Source: Callorhinchus milii (lineage: Eukaryota). Taken from it: DNA of 64,000 nt. How positions within the stretch are numbered: position 1 is the stretch's first letter; every line of letters starts with the position of its first letter. The notes beneath the pieces are model-generated. The model was given only the letters and a program-made list of their open reading frames with translations. It was not told where the DNA came from and searched no databases. This document shows positions 22,106 to 34,865 of this stretch, piece after piece. A program made the translations under genes and the position numbers. The stretch covers positions 52,578,001 through 52,642,000 of the forward strand of contig NW_024704743.1 of the NCBI RefSeq assembly GCF_018977255.1, given 5' to 3'.

Positions 22106-22440
22106 AATATTAGCAGAACACATCATTTGATTCTATCTAATGTTTAGAATATGTTCAACCTATAGGAAAATATGTATATGTGTGGATTGAAACAGCCACT
22201 TGTAAAGTGGTAAAAACATTCTTATTTTATTGTAAAACATGTACCAGATCAACTGCAATAAAGGTCAGTTTTTACGCAGCAAATCTTTGCATTCCGTTCA
22301 ATGTTTTTGAAAAAATAATTAATTTTTTGCTGCTATTCCACAATGTTTTTGCTCACAGCACAAAAGAATACTATTCTTTAACCACACAACCAAAAAAAAT
22401 CACAGCAAAACCTATAATAATAATCCTTTCATTTGATATA

Positions 22441-22702
22441 CAGTAAGCCTCACATAAGTCACTAAATATGATTTATGCAAAGTATGAGTTATGTGAAACT
22501 TATAAATAATAGGAAATTCAACGGGACTTGGACAGATGTATGACTTAGGTGATTGTACGGATTACACAGATCGAACTTATGCGAGTTTCACCATACAGGT
22601 AAACTCACATAAGTCATGATACGATTTACGCCAATTTTTAGTTATGGGCAAATTTGCATAAGTTGTATCGGCTGAGTTAATATGACTTACGTGAAGTTAT
22701 GT
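22441..22702. mobile_element. Two adjacent Tc1/mariner (Tigger-like) MITEs
   Basis: ta|cagtaagcctcacataagtc...gaacttatgcgagtttcacca|ta|caggtaaactcacataagtc...gacttacgtgaagttatg|ta: imperfect TIRs bounded by TA dinucleotides. Confidence 0.6.
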
Positions 22703-23174
22703 AAAGTTTGTCTTTTGTGACACCATTTTAATCCTTTCAGAGCATCGTTAAGCAAGTACCTTGGGCCTCTTTGGGCCTTTACCATGTTACAGCTGACAGT
22801 TCATGACCTTTTTTCTCCCCTAGTTTCCATTGCAGTTTTACTATGTGGTATTTATCAATGTAACCAGTAAGTGCACATGTGATACTGGATCAATGCAGCA
22901 GTAAATGCGCTTGGGGCAATGGAATAATACCTTGTTTCAAACAAAGCACTGCGCATATAGCGGGTAAGTGTTGTAGCGACGATATGAGTTAGGAGATGAC
23001 TTACTTCAGGATTATTTGGGGCCAAGAATCATTACTACTGAGTTGTTTATCCAGCAATGCTCAGAAATGGGACTGGCCAATCAGACGACCATCAAAGGGA
23101 TGGGGGGGGGGGGAGGAGACGGTCTCATTGCTAGCGGTCACCAAGAGCTCAGGACTGCAAACTTGACCTCCCCA

Positions 23175-26100
23175 AATAATTATCTATTTCCCTCTTAAAA
23201 ATTGTTATTGAATCGGTTTCCACCATCCTTTCAGGCAATGCATTCCAGATCCGAACAACTTGCTGTGTGAAAAAAATCTCACCTCCTTTCTGTTTCTTTT
23301 AATAACTGTTTTAACTTGGTGTCCTCACGTTACCGTCCCACCCACCAGTGGAAATAGTTTCTCCTTGTTCATCCTATCAAATCCCCTCATAATTTTGAAA
23401 ACATCTATCAAGTCTCCTCTTAACCTTCAATGCTCGAAGGAGAATAATCCTAGCTTCTCTAGCCTCTCCTGATAACTGAAGTCCCTCATTCCTGGTACAA
23501 TCCTGGTATATCTCCTTTGCACCCTTTCCAATGTCTTGACATCCTTCCTAAAGTGTGATGCTCAGAACTGAACACAGTCTCTAGCTGAGGTCTACCCAGT
23601 GTTTTATAAAGGTTCATCATAACTTCCTGACTTTTGTATTCTATGCCCCTATTTATAAAGCCTAGTATCCTATATGCTTTTTTAAATAGCTTTATCTACC
23701 TGTCCTGCCACCTTCAAAGATTTACTTATATGAACCCCTAGGTCTCTCTATTCCTTCACCCCCTTTAGGATTGTACCATCAGCTTATGTTGCCTCTCCTC
23801 ATTCTTCCTCCCAAAACGCATCTCTTTGCATTTCTCCATATTAAACTTAATCTACCAAGGCTACCATCGGTGGCCGGGCCTTCAGCCTCTCAGCCCCTAG
23901 GCTCTGGAACTCCATCCCCCAGTGCCTTTGCCTTGCTTCCTCCCTTTCCTCCTTCAAGGCCGGTCTCAAGACCTTTCTCTTTGACCGTGCCTTCAGCTCC
24001 CCTCTCGGCTCTCTACCTCCTCCTCGCTCCCTCCCTTCCCTCCCCTCACCCTGACCATTTCCCCCCTGCTCGGGTCCTGACCCAACTGTCCAGCGCCTTG
24101 GGACGTCCTCCCGATGTGAAAGGCGCTCTATAAATGAAATCTTGTTGTTGTTGATGTGTTTGCCCATTTTACCAGTCTGTCTATTTGCAGTCTGCTACTA
24201 TCCTCCTCACTGTTTACTACTTCTCCTAGTTTAGTATCATCTGCACACTTGGAAATTGTACTCTCTATACCCAAGTCCAGGTCATTTATATAGATCAAAA
24301 ACAGCAGTGGTCCCAATACCGACCCCTGGAGGATACCACTGCACACTTCTCTCCAGTCAGAAAAACAACCGTTCACCACCACTCTGTGCTTTCTGTCTCC
24401 CAGCCAATTCTGTATCCATGCTGCCACTGTCCCATTAATACCGTGGGCTTCTATTTTGCTTACAAGTCTTTTATGTGGCACTTTATTACACGCCTTTTCT
24501 CATACAATCTCTTTGCTCCTCTTATTAACTTTTTCAGTTCCCCGCTGTACTTTTTATATTCTATTTGATTATTTTCTATATTTTGGACCTGACATTTATC
24601 ATAGGCCTCCTTCTGTTTTATTTTAATACCAATTTCCTTATTCATCCAGGGAGGTTTGAATGCCCTACCTTTCCCCTTTGTGAGAATGTATTTGCTCTGT
24701 CCCCGAACTAACTCCTCCTTGAAGACTTCCCATTGCTCATTAGCTGTTTTACCTGCCAATCTTTCTTTCCAGTCCACCTTGGCTAGGTCCCTTTTTAACT
24801 CATTCAAATTAGCCTTCTTCTAGTTGAATATCTTCACCTTTGATTGCTCCTTGTCCCTTTCCATAAGTATTCTAAACTTAATGATGTTGTGATCACTGTT
24901 GTCCAGATGCTCTCCTATTGAAACTTGCCCCACTTGTCCCACTTCATTCCCCAAAACTAGGAAGCAGTTCCCCAGCACTGCTTCCTTCCTCATTGGACTG
25001 GAAACATACTGATCCAGAAAGTTATCCTACACACATTTCAGGAATCCTTCCCCCTCCTTGCCCTTTACACTGTTATTTTGTCAGTCTATGTTAGGATAAT
25101 TGAAGTCCCCCATTATTACTACTCTATTGATTTTGCATTTTTCCGAAATTGCTTGCAGATTCGCTCATCTATCGACTTTCCTCTATTTGGTGGTCTATAG
25201 TAAATACCTAACAGAGTAATAGCTCCTTTTCTGCTCCTTATCTCTAACCAAATAAATTATGTTTTTGGCCCTTCTAGCACATCTTCCCATCCAGGGCCAT
25301 AACTGTGTCTTTAATCAATACTGCCACCCCCTTCCTTTTTTTCCTTCTCTAGCCCTCCTGAATACATTGTAGCCAGGAATATTCAGCTCCCATTCCTGCC
25401 CTTGTTTGAGCCAGGTCTCCGTTATTGCCATTAATCATAACCCCATTTGGCAACTTGAGCCTGCAGCTCAATAATCTTATTTGTCACACTCCGTTCATTT
25501 ACACACATGCACTCCAAGACCGACTTAATCCTTTCTGCATTTCTCCCCTGTCTAATCCCTCCTTTTCCTGGATTACTCCTTATTACATTGCATTTCGTAT
25601 CTCCCAGCCCTCTGTGTAACTTGTTTGTCCTCTCTAATCCTGATTCCCTTCCCCCCTTGAAATTAGTTTAAACCCTTCCCCACATCGCTTGTTCACCTCC
25701 CTGCAAGGATATTGGTCCCAACCCTGTTTAGGTATAACCCATCAATCTTGTACAGATCCCACCTGCCCCAGAACTGGTCCCAATGATCCAGGAAGCTGAA
25801 CCCCTCCTTTCTCAAGCCATGCATTCATGTGTTTGATCCTGCTGTATTGATACTCACCTGCATGAGGCACTGGGAGTAATCCAGAGATCACCATCTTTGA
25901 GGTCCTACTCTTTTCCCTAGCTTCTCTCCCTGCAGGATCTCAGCCCTTTTTTTCTCTATATCATGGATCCCAACATGGACCAAAACTTCTGGATGATCCC
26001 CTTCCCTCTGTAGAACATTTTGCACCTGTTCCATGATGTCTACAACCCTGGCACTAGGGAGGCAACATACCATGTGAGAGTCATGTCTTTGGTTGCAGAA

Positions 26101-26720
26101 ACGCCTGTCTACTCCTTTCACCATTGTGTCCACAATGATAATTACATTGAAACTCTTCCCTGTATCCCCCTGTGCACCCATTTGCTTTTGATTCCCCTCC
26201 CCAGAGGTGTCATCACCCTGTCCTGTATTCAGTACAGAGAACCGGTTTGTGAGTGCCACGCTCTCAAGGGATTTCTGCACTGCCCGTTCCCTATACCTAC
26301 CATGGCAGGTTGTCACCCACTCACTCTCCTTCTGAACCCTCTTTGGCTGTGGGGTGACCATCTCCTGAAAAGTTTGATCCATGAACTCTTCAGCCTCCCG
26401 TATGCTATGTAGTGACCAGTCTCTCCTCGAGCTCAGAAACTCTGAGCTCAAGCAGCTGGAGGCACTTCCAAACACACGTGTCTGTCCAGGGCACACAAAG
26501 CATCCTGGAGTTCCCACATGGCACACATTGTGCATGCAACTGATCTCAGCTGCCCTGCCATATTCCCAGACATTTTTTTATATTATTTTAATATAACTAT
26601 TATATATTTTATAATTATACACCTTTCTCCCTCTGCACTGAGTTCCCATTCTCACCAAATTCCTTAGCAGAAATCTCACTTTGTTCCACCTCACTCACTT
26701 CCCTCTTATGCTGCTGGGCT
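23175..26720 (-). mobile_element. Second CR1 LINE, 5' end present, internally deleted and decayed
   Basis: ORF1 remnant (IIVDTMVKGVDRRFC, VLVHVGIHDI), APE and RT remnants (GILQGSVLGP, CADDTKL). Roughly 1.2 kb of linker and RT N-terminus is missing at ~24487. The 5' motif ccctctgcac...cccattctcaccaaattcc is shared with 15284-15320. Confidence 0.88.
23858..24153 (+). mobile_element. Young L2 3' end inserted in the second CR1
   Basis: Highly similar to 12675-12965; (ttg)n tail; interrupts the CR1 RT C-terminal region; no clear TSD. Confidence 0.88.
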
Positions 26721-26789
26721 CTCTGCTCCGCTGCTGGGTTCTCTGATGCATATTTGATGCATATTTTATTTCCATTTGACATTATCATT

Positions 26790-27040
26790 TACTTTTCATT
26801 GTTAGGGCTATTAAATTGTATGGATTTCAATTCACTTAAATTTTTTCCCCTTCATTGTTTACTTTGAATTGAATGATTATTCTCAGCTATATGCACTTTA
26901 TAAGTGTATTGTTATTTTAAAATGTGCATGAATTTTTACATTGCCTAAATAAAGTTTTCATCGCAACTAGAACATAGTGATGTAGTAGTACATAATTTAA
27001 TACATAGGATTTCTATATGATTCTTACACGTTATGTTTCT
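26790..27040 (+). mobile_element. Internal fragment of the hAT-like element seen at 58013-58934
   Basis: ttcattgtttact...aatgtgcatgaatttttacattgcct...ttatgtttct matches 58690-58857. Confidence 0.55.
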
Positions 27041-27714
27041 TTAATCTTTCATTAACACAGCTTAAATAAATGGCTCTATCACCTCTTCCATTTCTTCCCT
27101 TCCCTTTTCACCACTTCCAAGACATTTCTTTTCTTTGGTCACCTTCCTCCCCCTGGCTCGGCCCCGGTATCCGTTACTGTGAAGCGTTCCAAGACCCCAT
27201 CCAACGTGGAGGACGCTATATAAATCCAAGTTGTTGTTGTTGTTCCAGGATCTTCATTTCTGACCAGTCATTCTGTTCATCTTTCTGTTCCCCACTTTCA
27301 GAAAACGGGTCCATTTTCTGCCTTCAAACTCAGGTAAACTGCATTCATTCTTCATCAATGCCCATGGCCCTACCATTATCCTTTTGGGCAAGAAGAGAGC
27401 GACATCTTCAATACCATGGCCATCTCCGTCCTTTCCCCCAATAAACAGACACTCATTCACCTTACTCAGCAGGCACAAGGTTTGTAGAATTTACAACCAT
27501 ACTCCAATCCATTCACTGTCCACACCAATTTGTTCTACTCCCAATGCCCTTTTGTACTTCCTGTCTTTATCTGATTGCCTCTTTATTAATTGTTCTTTAA
27601 TTCCTAAAAGGATTAAATTACATTCCAATCAAGGGGAATACTAAGTCTTGGAAACATGAGTGTTTGTTATTGAACCCTGACTTCAGGTCCTGCCTTCAAG
27701 TACCTGTCATCCCA

Positions 27715-28975
27715 ACCACAACAAATTACACTTGTATAGCACCCTTCATGTCGGAAAGACATCCCACGGTGCAGGACAGTTAGGGGTTTTTGGACCTGAG
27801 CTGGGAGTTGGGGTCAAGAGGGGTGGAGGGCAGGGTGAGTGGTGGTGGGAGGGAGGCCGAAGACACAGTCGAAGAGGAAGGTCTTTAGACTGGATTTGAA
27901 GGAGGCAAGAGAGGCATAGTTGGCATAGTCAACTTGTGGAGTCCTGTAGCTCAGTGGTTAGAGCACTCGCTTTGCAAGTGAGAGACCTGAGTTCAATTCC
28001 AGGCAGGGCGAAACCTTGGGCAAGTTTCCTTACTTCACACGCCTAATAATAATCCCTCCAAAAAAACAACACAATAATAAATTGGTCATTTTCAATCCAC
28101 GACTGTTTGTGGGACATTGCTGTGCGCAATTGGCTGCCGCGTTCGCCCACAAATATACAGACAATTCACTTTACAGGCGTGTTCTGTGAAGCGCTTTGGG
28201 ACGTCCTCCCGACGTGAAAAGCGCTATATCAAATGCAAGGATTATTATTATTATTATAGTCAAGTTGGCACATGATGAAAGCATGGATCAGTGTCTCAGC
28301 GGCCTGCGATGAGAGACAGTGGTGGGGGCGGGCAATGTTACGTAGGTGGAAAAAGGCAAAATGGGTCACGGCACGAATGTAAGGTTTGAAGGATAGCTGA
28401 GGATCAAAAAGGACACTGAGGTTTCGTATTGGCTCGGTGAGGTGAAGAGTGCAGCAATGAATGGTGATAGCTTCAGCAGGTGAGGTGAGGAGGTGCTGCT
28501 GGGAACCAAGCAGGAGGACCTCTGTCTTGCCAACATTGAGCTGCAGGAAGGTCCAGGGATCGAGGGTGGAGGCAGTGAGATAGAATTTGATATTAACCGC
28601 ATACATGTGAAAATTGACCCCATACTTGTGGATGACATCACCGAGCGGGAGCATGTATAGATTGAAGAGGAGGGGACCAAGGACAGAGCCCTGAGGGACA
28701 CCACATGTGGCAGTGAGGGGGCTAGAGGAGAAGCCATTGGTGCACATGAAGTGTAGACGGTGAGAATGGTAGGATTGGAACCAGGCAAGGACAGAACCCT
28801 TGAGGTGGAGTTGAGAGGAGAGGTGGTGGAGAAGAATATCCATGGTATCGAATGCAGCCAAGAAGTCGAGAAGGACGAGGAGCCAGAGAGAGCCATGGTC
28901 GCAGGTGGACAGAATGTCATTTGTCACTTTGACGAGGGCTGTTTCCGTGCTGAAACCTAGATTGTAAGGGATCAT
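27715..28975 (-). mobile_element. Decayed L2 LINE (RT region and 3' tail), interrupted by a SINE
   Basis: STETALVKVTNDIL...LVLLDFLAAFDT...GVPQGSVLGPLLFNLYMLPLG...FLQLNVGKTE; tail at 27715-27915. Confidence 0.88.
27936..28255 (+). mobile_element. Full-length short-subfamily SINE with TSD
   Basis: tRNA-Ala(TGC)-like head (ctcgc tttgcaa gtgag), A and B boxes, (att)n tail; 11-bp TSD atagtcaactt/atagtcaagtt at 27925-27935 and 28256-28266. Confidence 0.92.
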
Positions 28976-29877
28976 GGAGGGAATGTTGGGTTAGAACGCT
29001 AGCCTTGCATCAATAGCTATTGATAGATATTCAAATCAAAAGGCTCAGAGCACCTGAAAAAATGTGTTGCTTTATGACAAGATGGATTAGCAAATGCCTT
29101 TAAATTAATCCTTGATAAAGATCTGGAACATAGGTTAGTCACTTCATGGCTGTTTGTGGGACATTGCTGTACACAAAATACATAGCGATTTTACAGTAAA
29201 TGCCATGAACAGCTCTAAGACATCCTCCTCCTCCTGATGTGAAAGGTGCCATATCAAATGCATGGATTATTATTGTTACTCTCATCAATATTATTATGTA
29301 ACACCAGTGGATGACACCCCTCTCAAGGTTAGTTGTTTGTGCCTGTCAAGGTTTAGTTTCTGCCATTTTGCGACCGTAAAATGACAGTGTTTTTAATTTG
29401 TAATTGTTGGGCCCTAAATTAGGCTTTTATTTAATACAGATTTCTCAGGGTTTATCTCCCTGGGTGGGTTGAAATCCATTATCTCTTTGTCAAAAAATTT
29501 ACTTTAGTAATCATGTGGACTAGGCCCGAAACCTCTGAGCCAATTTTACAGTATTCCTTAAAGTAATCTTTAAATATGGAACGCTTTAAGGAATACCTCA
29601 AATGTTATCCTATTATTCACAGTTGCATTTCATTTGGATGTCGAATATGAATCTCTGTCAGCGTGTTATTTGCTGCAGTCTGTCTCCATTTCAATTACAA
29701 TTACACTCCTTAGTTATATTACACATTTGGGTCTACTACACAAGATTTGTAACATGAGTTGGAAGTAGCTGCACTGAGTCGCAAACGCTCACTCCTGCCA
29801 ACAACTGGATGTGCATCATGGCAATACGGCCACTTTGTTTCAATCCAATCTATGTCTGGAGAGGTTTTAAGCACTTA

Positions 29878-30194
29878 TAATAATAATAATCTTTGCATTT
29901 GATATAGTGTTTTTAACGTCTTCTCGACGTCTCAAAGCGCGTCACAGAATGGACTGTAAAGTGAATTGACCGTATATTTGTGGGTGAAACTCGGCAGCCA
30001 ATTGCGCACAGCAGTGTCTCACAAACAGTCGTGGATTGAAAATGACCAATTTATTATTGTTTTGTTTTGAAGGGATTATTATTAGGCGTGTGGAGTAAGG
30101 AAACTTGCCCAAGGTTTCGCCCTCTGCCTGGAATTGAATCCAGGTGTCTTGCTTGCAAGGCGAGTGCTCTAACCACTGAGCTACAGAAATCCAC
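29878..30194 (-). mobile_element. tRNA-derived SINE, short subfamily
   Basis: Same head, body and tail as 27936-28255. Confidence 0.88.
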
Positions 30195-31054
30195 TTACCG
30201 AAAGAAGTCACTATTCCCAACTCCTCACAAAAGTTAAGAATCCATTTTGTATTTACAGTCAGTGACAAAGAAAAAAAAATGTATATTTTTTGCAACACCT
30301 TTACATGCTGAAACAGTCAGGTGCATAGATTGCCAGTTGTGCCAGTAACATCTCACGAACACCCATGGGCTGAATAACCAATTAGTCTGGAGGAATTATG
30401 GTCAAGGGAATGGGAAAAGCTCCCTCTCCTTGAATAGTAGAATGCAGTGCTCCCCCTGTACTGCACACAGTGCACAAAGTTGCCACCCAACTTTACTCAC
30501 ATCTTTCCCTCCACTCCTTGCTCGAGCCTCTCCAATCTGGTTTCTGCCCTGCCCATAGCAATGGGACAGCCTTCATCAAAGTCACAAATGCCACTCTCTC
30601 TATCTGCAATGACCACCACCACAACAACAACAACTTGCATTTATATAGCGCTCTTTACGTGATGTAGTATCTCGGAGCACTTACCAGGGGTCTCTCTACT
30701 ACTTGAACTTTTCTTCTGCCTTCAACACACACAACTATGCCATCCTCCTCACTCGCCTCTCCTCCCATCGATCTCAGTTGGACTGCCCTCTCCTGGTTCA
30801 AGTCCTACATGAACTACTACCATTATTTTGTTTCCGCAAATGGTTTCTTCTCCCAGCCGCGCACAGTCACATGCAGTGTACTGTTCTCATCCCGCTCCTT
30901 TTGAACCCACAACCTTGCAATCCTGGATAAAGAGTAAGTCAATGAGTCAAACTGTTAAAGCTGTTGTTTTTCAGCTCTCCTGCATTAATCTGGGAGGTCA
31001 TACCTTTAAAGGCATGAGCAAGGCACCTGAAAGCAAGTAATTGTTTGCTCTCCC

Positions 31055-31350
31055 TACCTCAGTTGGTAGCATTCTCAACTCTAAGTCAAAAAGGCAGGAC
31101 CCAGCCCCGCAGCAGGACTCTGAACTCAAACAATCCAGACTGATACCCCAATACGGTATTGGAAAAGTGTTGAGTTTCTGGAAGTGCCAAACTTTAAGTG
31201 AGATGTTATATTGAAGACCCATCTGCCTGTTCAGGTGTATTTTAAAGATCTAGTGGCACTATTTTAAAGGAAAAGTCCTGGCCAACAATCCCCCAAATAA
31301 AAGTGGCCGCTGCATGGCTATTTATGGAACATTGCTCTGCTCTAATTGGC
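31055..31350 (+). mobile_element. Older Deu-domain SINE (SacSINE1/AmnSINE1-like)
   Basis: ctcagttggtagcattctc...gagatgttatattgaagacccatctgcctgttcaggtg...aaagatctagtggcactatttt...gtcctggccaac; family name recognised from memory, not searched. Confidence 0.6.
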
Positions 31351-31387
31351 TGGTGCATTTGTTTACCCTGACACCACGCTTTATAAT

Positions 31388-31860
31388 ACAACAACAACTT
31401 GCATTTATATGTTGCCCTTCACACGGGGTAGCATCTTGGAATGCTTCACAGTGGCGGAGTCTGACAACAAGCCAAGCGGAGAGGTGGGGGATGACCGTAT
31501 CCACGATCAAAAAGCAAAGTCTTTAGGCGGAATTTGAAGATGGGGAGAGAGGAGGCAAGACGGAGGGAACGGAGGGATCGAGTGAGAGAGTTTCAGAATT
31601 TCAGAGCATAGTGGCTGAAGGCACGGCCAGTGATGGTAGAGCAGAGGGGACGACGGACAAAATTAGAAGGCAGGACCCAGCCAACGGAGCCAGCCGGTGG
31701 TGGAGTGGGGTGTAAGCAGGTCAGATACATAGGGAAGTGAGAGGGAATAAAGTGATTTGAAAATGAGTGAGAGGATCTTGAAGTTGATCTGTTGGGTGAT
31801 TCGTAGCCAGTGGAGCCTGGCAAGCACTGTTGTGATGGGGGTATGGAGTTTTGTGCAGTG
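31388..31860 (-). mobile_element. L2 3' fragment
   Basis: TPITTVLARLHWLRITQQINFKIL, GRAFSHYA, (caa)n tail. Confidence 0.82.
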
Positions 31861-31989
31861 AGTATCCACAGTATTCACTGTGAAGCACGTTGAGATGTCT
31901 TCCTTTAGTTGCTATGTCACATTTTAAGATTAATATTATTAATACAGGTAGAATTTCCTGCAGTCACCAAACAGTTTCCACCTAGGGAA

Positions 31990-32830
31990 CATTTTTTTAT
32001 TGGTCAGCAGGTTTTCTGACACATACAAAAACTCATCACCATGCTTAAGAGTATCCAAACCAGACTAAGAGTTCCACATATGTAGACCACCTACATGTGG
32101 AAATGTCTGTGTGTTTAGAATGGAATGTGTGCTCTCTCCCTGGAGGGAAACATCCTGTTTACCTAATTCCAGAGAGTATTATGTACAGATTGGCAAGAGC
32201 TAAGGCTTGGGGAACCCAGAGTATGTGTTGGGGCCCAGCTGGAACTTAACCATCTAAAAGCACATAACTTAGAGCACTGTCTGCATTGGCGGTGTAAAGC
32301 ACGTGTAACCCATGCAATTGCATGGGGCCTTGAGACAGTGAGGGGCCCCCTTGCTGTTGTGAAACCCCACTGAAATCATCTCCCCACCAACCAAACCTGC
32401 TGGGGGCAGGGGTTGGGCTCGGGGTGATGGACACCTCACTGCAGACTCATGGCAGCTCAAGGCCCACTCTGGCCATCCTCCACCAATAGCTGCACTGCAG
32501 GGGTGGGATATTTTCTCACTAAGTTCGGTTGCCTGGGGACCCTCTGGCACCACTGGTAGGGCCCCAGAATTGAGATTTACGTGGGCAAACTGACTTTCTC
32601 GTAACCTTCCGACTGCTTGTCCAGCCAAGACCACCCTACCCGTTAGGGTTTTGGCTTGCAGGGTTAACAAGGGCTGAGTAGGAAGTCTCCTGGCTACCAG
32701 TGACTGGTCTGCAACTCCAGGTCCTGCTGATGAGCAAATTCTCAAGACTACCAAAGAGGGTTGATTCGATTTCGACATCCCACTGGCAAGCACATCACAC
32801 TGCAGTCAACTCAGCTCCAAGACTCCATTG
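31990..32830. repeat. Unidentified interspersed repeat, copy 1
   Basis: catcaccatgcttaagagtatccaaaccagact...gcttgtccagccaagaccaccctac is shared with 36860-37363 (inverted) and 63140-63680. Confidence 0.8.
32284..32592. mobile_element. hAT-like MITE nested in the unidentified repeat
   Basis: 309-bp segment absent from the other two copies; CA...TG ends; degenerate 8-bp TSD actgtctg/actttctc. Confidence 0.55.
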
Positions 32831-33370
32831 AACTTCCACCATCAGCAGTGTAGTCATTAGTTAGTCATTTGAGGGAACGGGTAGTAGCAAAACTTATTAT
32901 AAGATCCTCCACAGTCTCTGTCCCCAAAGTGCCCGAAATGGGTTTAGGTTCGTCAGGTGAGGGGTCATATCATTCCCTCCTCCTTTTCTCGGCATCCGAC
33001 ACCACCGTGTGATGCCATTGGAGACGTTATCCTGTTTGAAGGGTCCTTCATAAATACAAATTCCTGTTTTTGTAACCCAGCAATACCTGGAAAAGTTTGC
33101 CTGTAATTCTTGAAGAACTCACTAGGTGGCAGCAACATTATTGCAATGGGAAACTAAAATCTGGGAAATCTAAATGAGGTTGGCCAAATGTATTCCTTAA
33201 AAGCAGTCACGATAATTTGTAAAAGTTTAAACTAGGGCATCCAAGTTTTTGGTATTAGTAAATAAAGTATAAAATAATGTGCTAATTCTGAAGCAAATTA
33301 AAGGAGCCAAAGTGTAATACTAGAGCACATTCTTCAAGCTCAGCAGTCTCTTATTTTTTGAGAGGGGAGG

Positions 33371-33694
33371 AATAATAATAATAATAATAATCCTTGCATT
33401 TGATATAGCGCTTTTCACGTCGGGAGGACGTCCCAAAGTGCTTCACAGAACACACTGTAAAATGAATTGACTGTATATTTGTGGGCGAACGCGGCAGCCA
33501 ATTGCGCACAGCAATGTCCCACAAACAGTCGTAGATTGAAAATGACCAATTTATTATTGTTTTTGGTTTTGGAGGGATTATTATTAGGCGTGTGGAGTAA
33601 GGAAACTTGCCCAAGGTTTCGCCCTGCCTGGAATTGAACTCAGGTCTCTCACTTGCAAAGCGAGTGCTCTAACCACTGAGCTACAGGACTCCAC
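33371..33694 (-). mobile_element. tRNA-derived SINE, short subfamily (young)
   Basis: Near-identical to 8271-8611. Confidence 0.9.
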
Positions 33695-34865
33695 GAGCTA
33701 ACTTAGTTTTATTTTCTCCATTGGCCGCCTTTGTTTTCTTTGTGCTCTGTACTGTTTAATCTATCTCAAGGATGGGTTGTCAACCTGTTCTCAGGCCTTG
33801 AACAACGAGTAGGCTTATTGATTAAGTGCCATTTGAAAATCCAACAGCGAGCAGCATCTTGGGCAATGTCCCAAGCGCTGTGCCTGTATCTTAATCCAGC
33901 CAACAAGAACAGCTGGAATAGAAAGGAGAAAGATGCTGTTTGTGAATAACAACTGCCTAAACGAGTCTGTAAAAGTGCTCCAACTCAGAGATGGTGAATT
34001 CACAAGTCTGTAAGATGCAGAGGACAGACAACAAGAAGCCACTTGGACAGGACAATTCAATCTGATCGGTTACACATAGGACTTCCTTAGAGTCCAGTGA
34101 GAATATTCTTGCCAGGTCAATAAGCAGCTGGACAACCTGTGGACCGCTCGGGACTCAAGTGTCAAAACTAAGTGATTTGCTGTTCTCACACAAAGAGGCA
34201 CTAAAGACAGCTGGTTTCAGAAAGAAGATTCTGCACAATAGTTGGTGCTTTTCAGAGGCTGTAGTCTTTTTGCTTATGGACAGTGTACGCATATGGATGA
34301 ATTCCATTTTGCAGGTATCATGTTATTCTGCTGATGCAGTCATAGGGCACAACAGGTTAAATTATCTCCTCACAAAGAAGAGCTATAGAAACTTAGAATT
34401 CTGGAGAAACAGAAGGGGAACCATTCAGTCCATTTGTCTGCCGCCAATTGACCAGTACAAACAGACCAAATGTAATTATAAAAGGACTGAGACCCATGCC
34501 GTATAGAACATTATCAATTTATTCTTATTAACATTGTGTCCTCCATAGAAGATCATGGTACAACATATTTTCTATTTTCAGTGGCTATGTACTTATTAAA
34601 CAGAAAGAATTGCTCAGAAAAACATAAGGTTTCACATTCCAAACAAAAGTGGCCAAGAAGAAGCAGATGGCTTTTTTTTTTACACAGCTCATGTGGACAG
34701 ATGGTCTTTTCTTTTCACGTATAATTGTTTATACATAGAATCATGTATGGTACTGTGCACTCCTGAGATGCACATTTTTAAAAAAAAAATTGGTAAGCAA
34801 CAACCCTTCATATTTACAGAAGAAAAGAAAATTGGGGTGACTCAAAGTTGTCATTAAGTCAAGAA

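Noticed and set aside
27936..28010. tRNA-Ala-like sequence
   Set aside because: It is a SINE head without a proper acceptor stem, followed by the SINE body and tail; not a tRNA gene.
33731..34506. Exon-like segments and short ORFs (also near 41095 and 62177)
   Set aside because: Acceptor-like sites exist, but reading frames are short, and I recognise no protein (including CDK6 or HEPACAM2).
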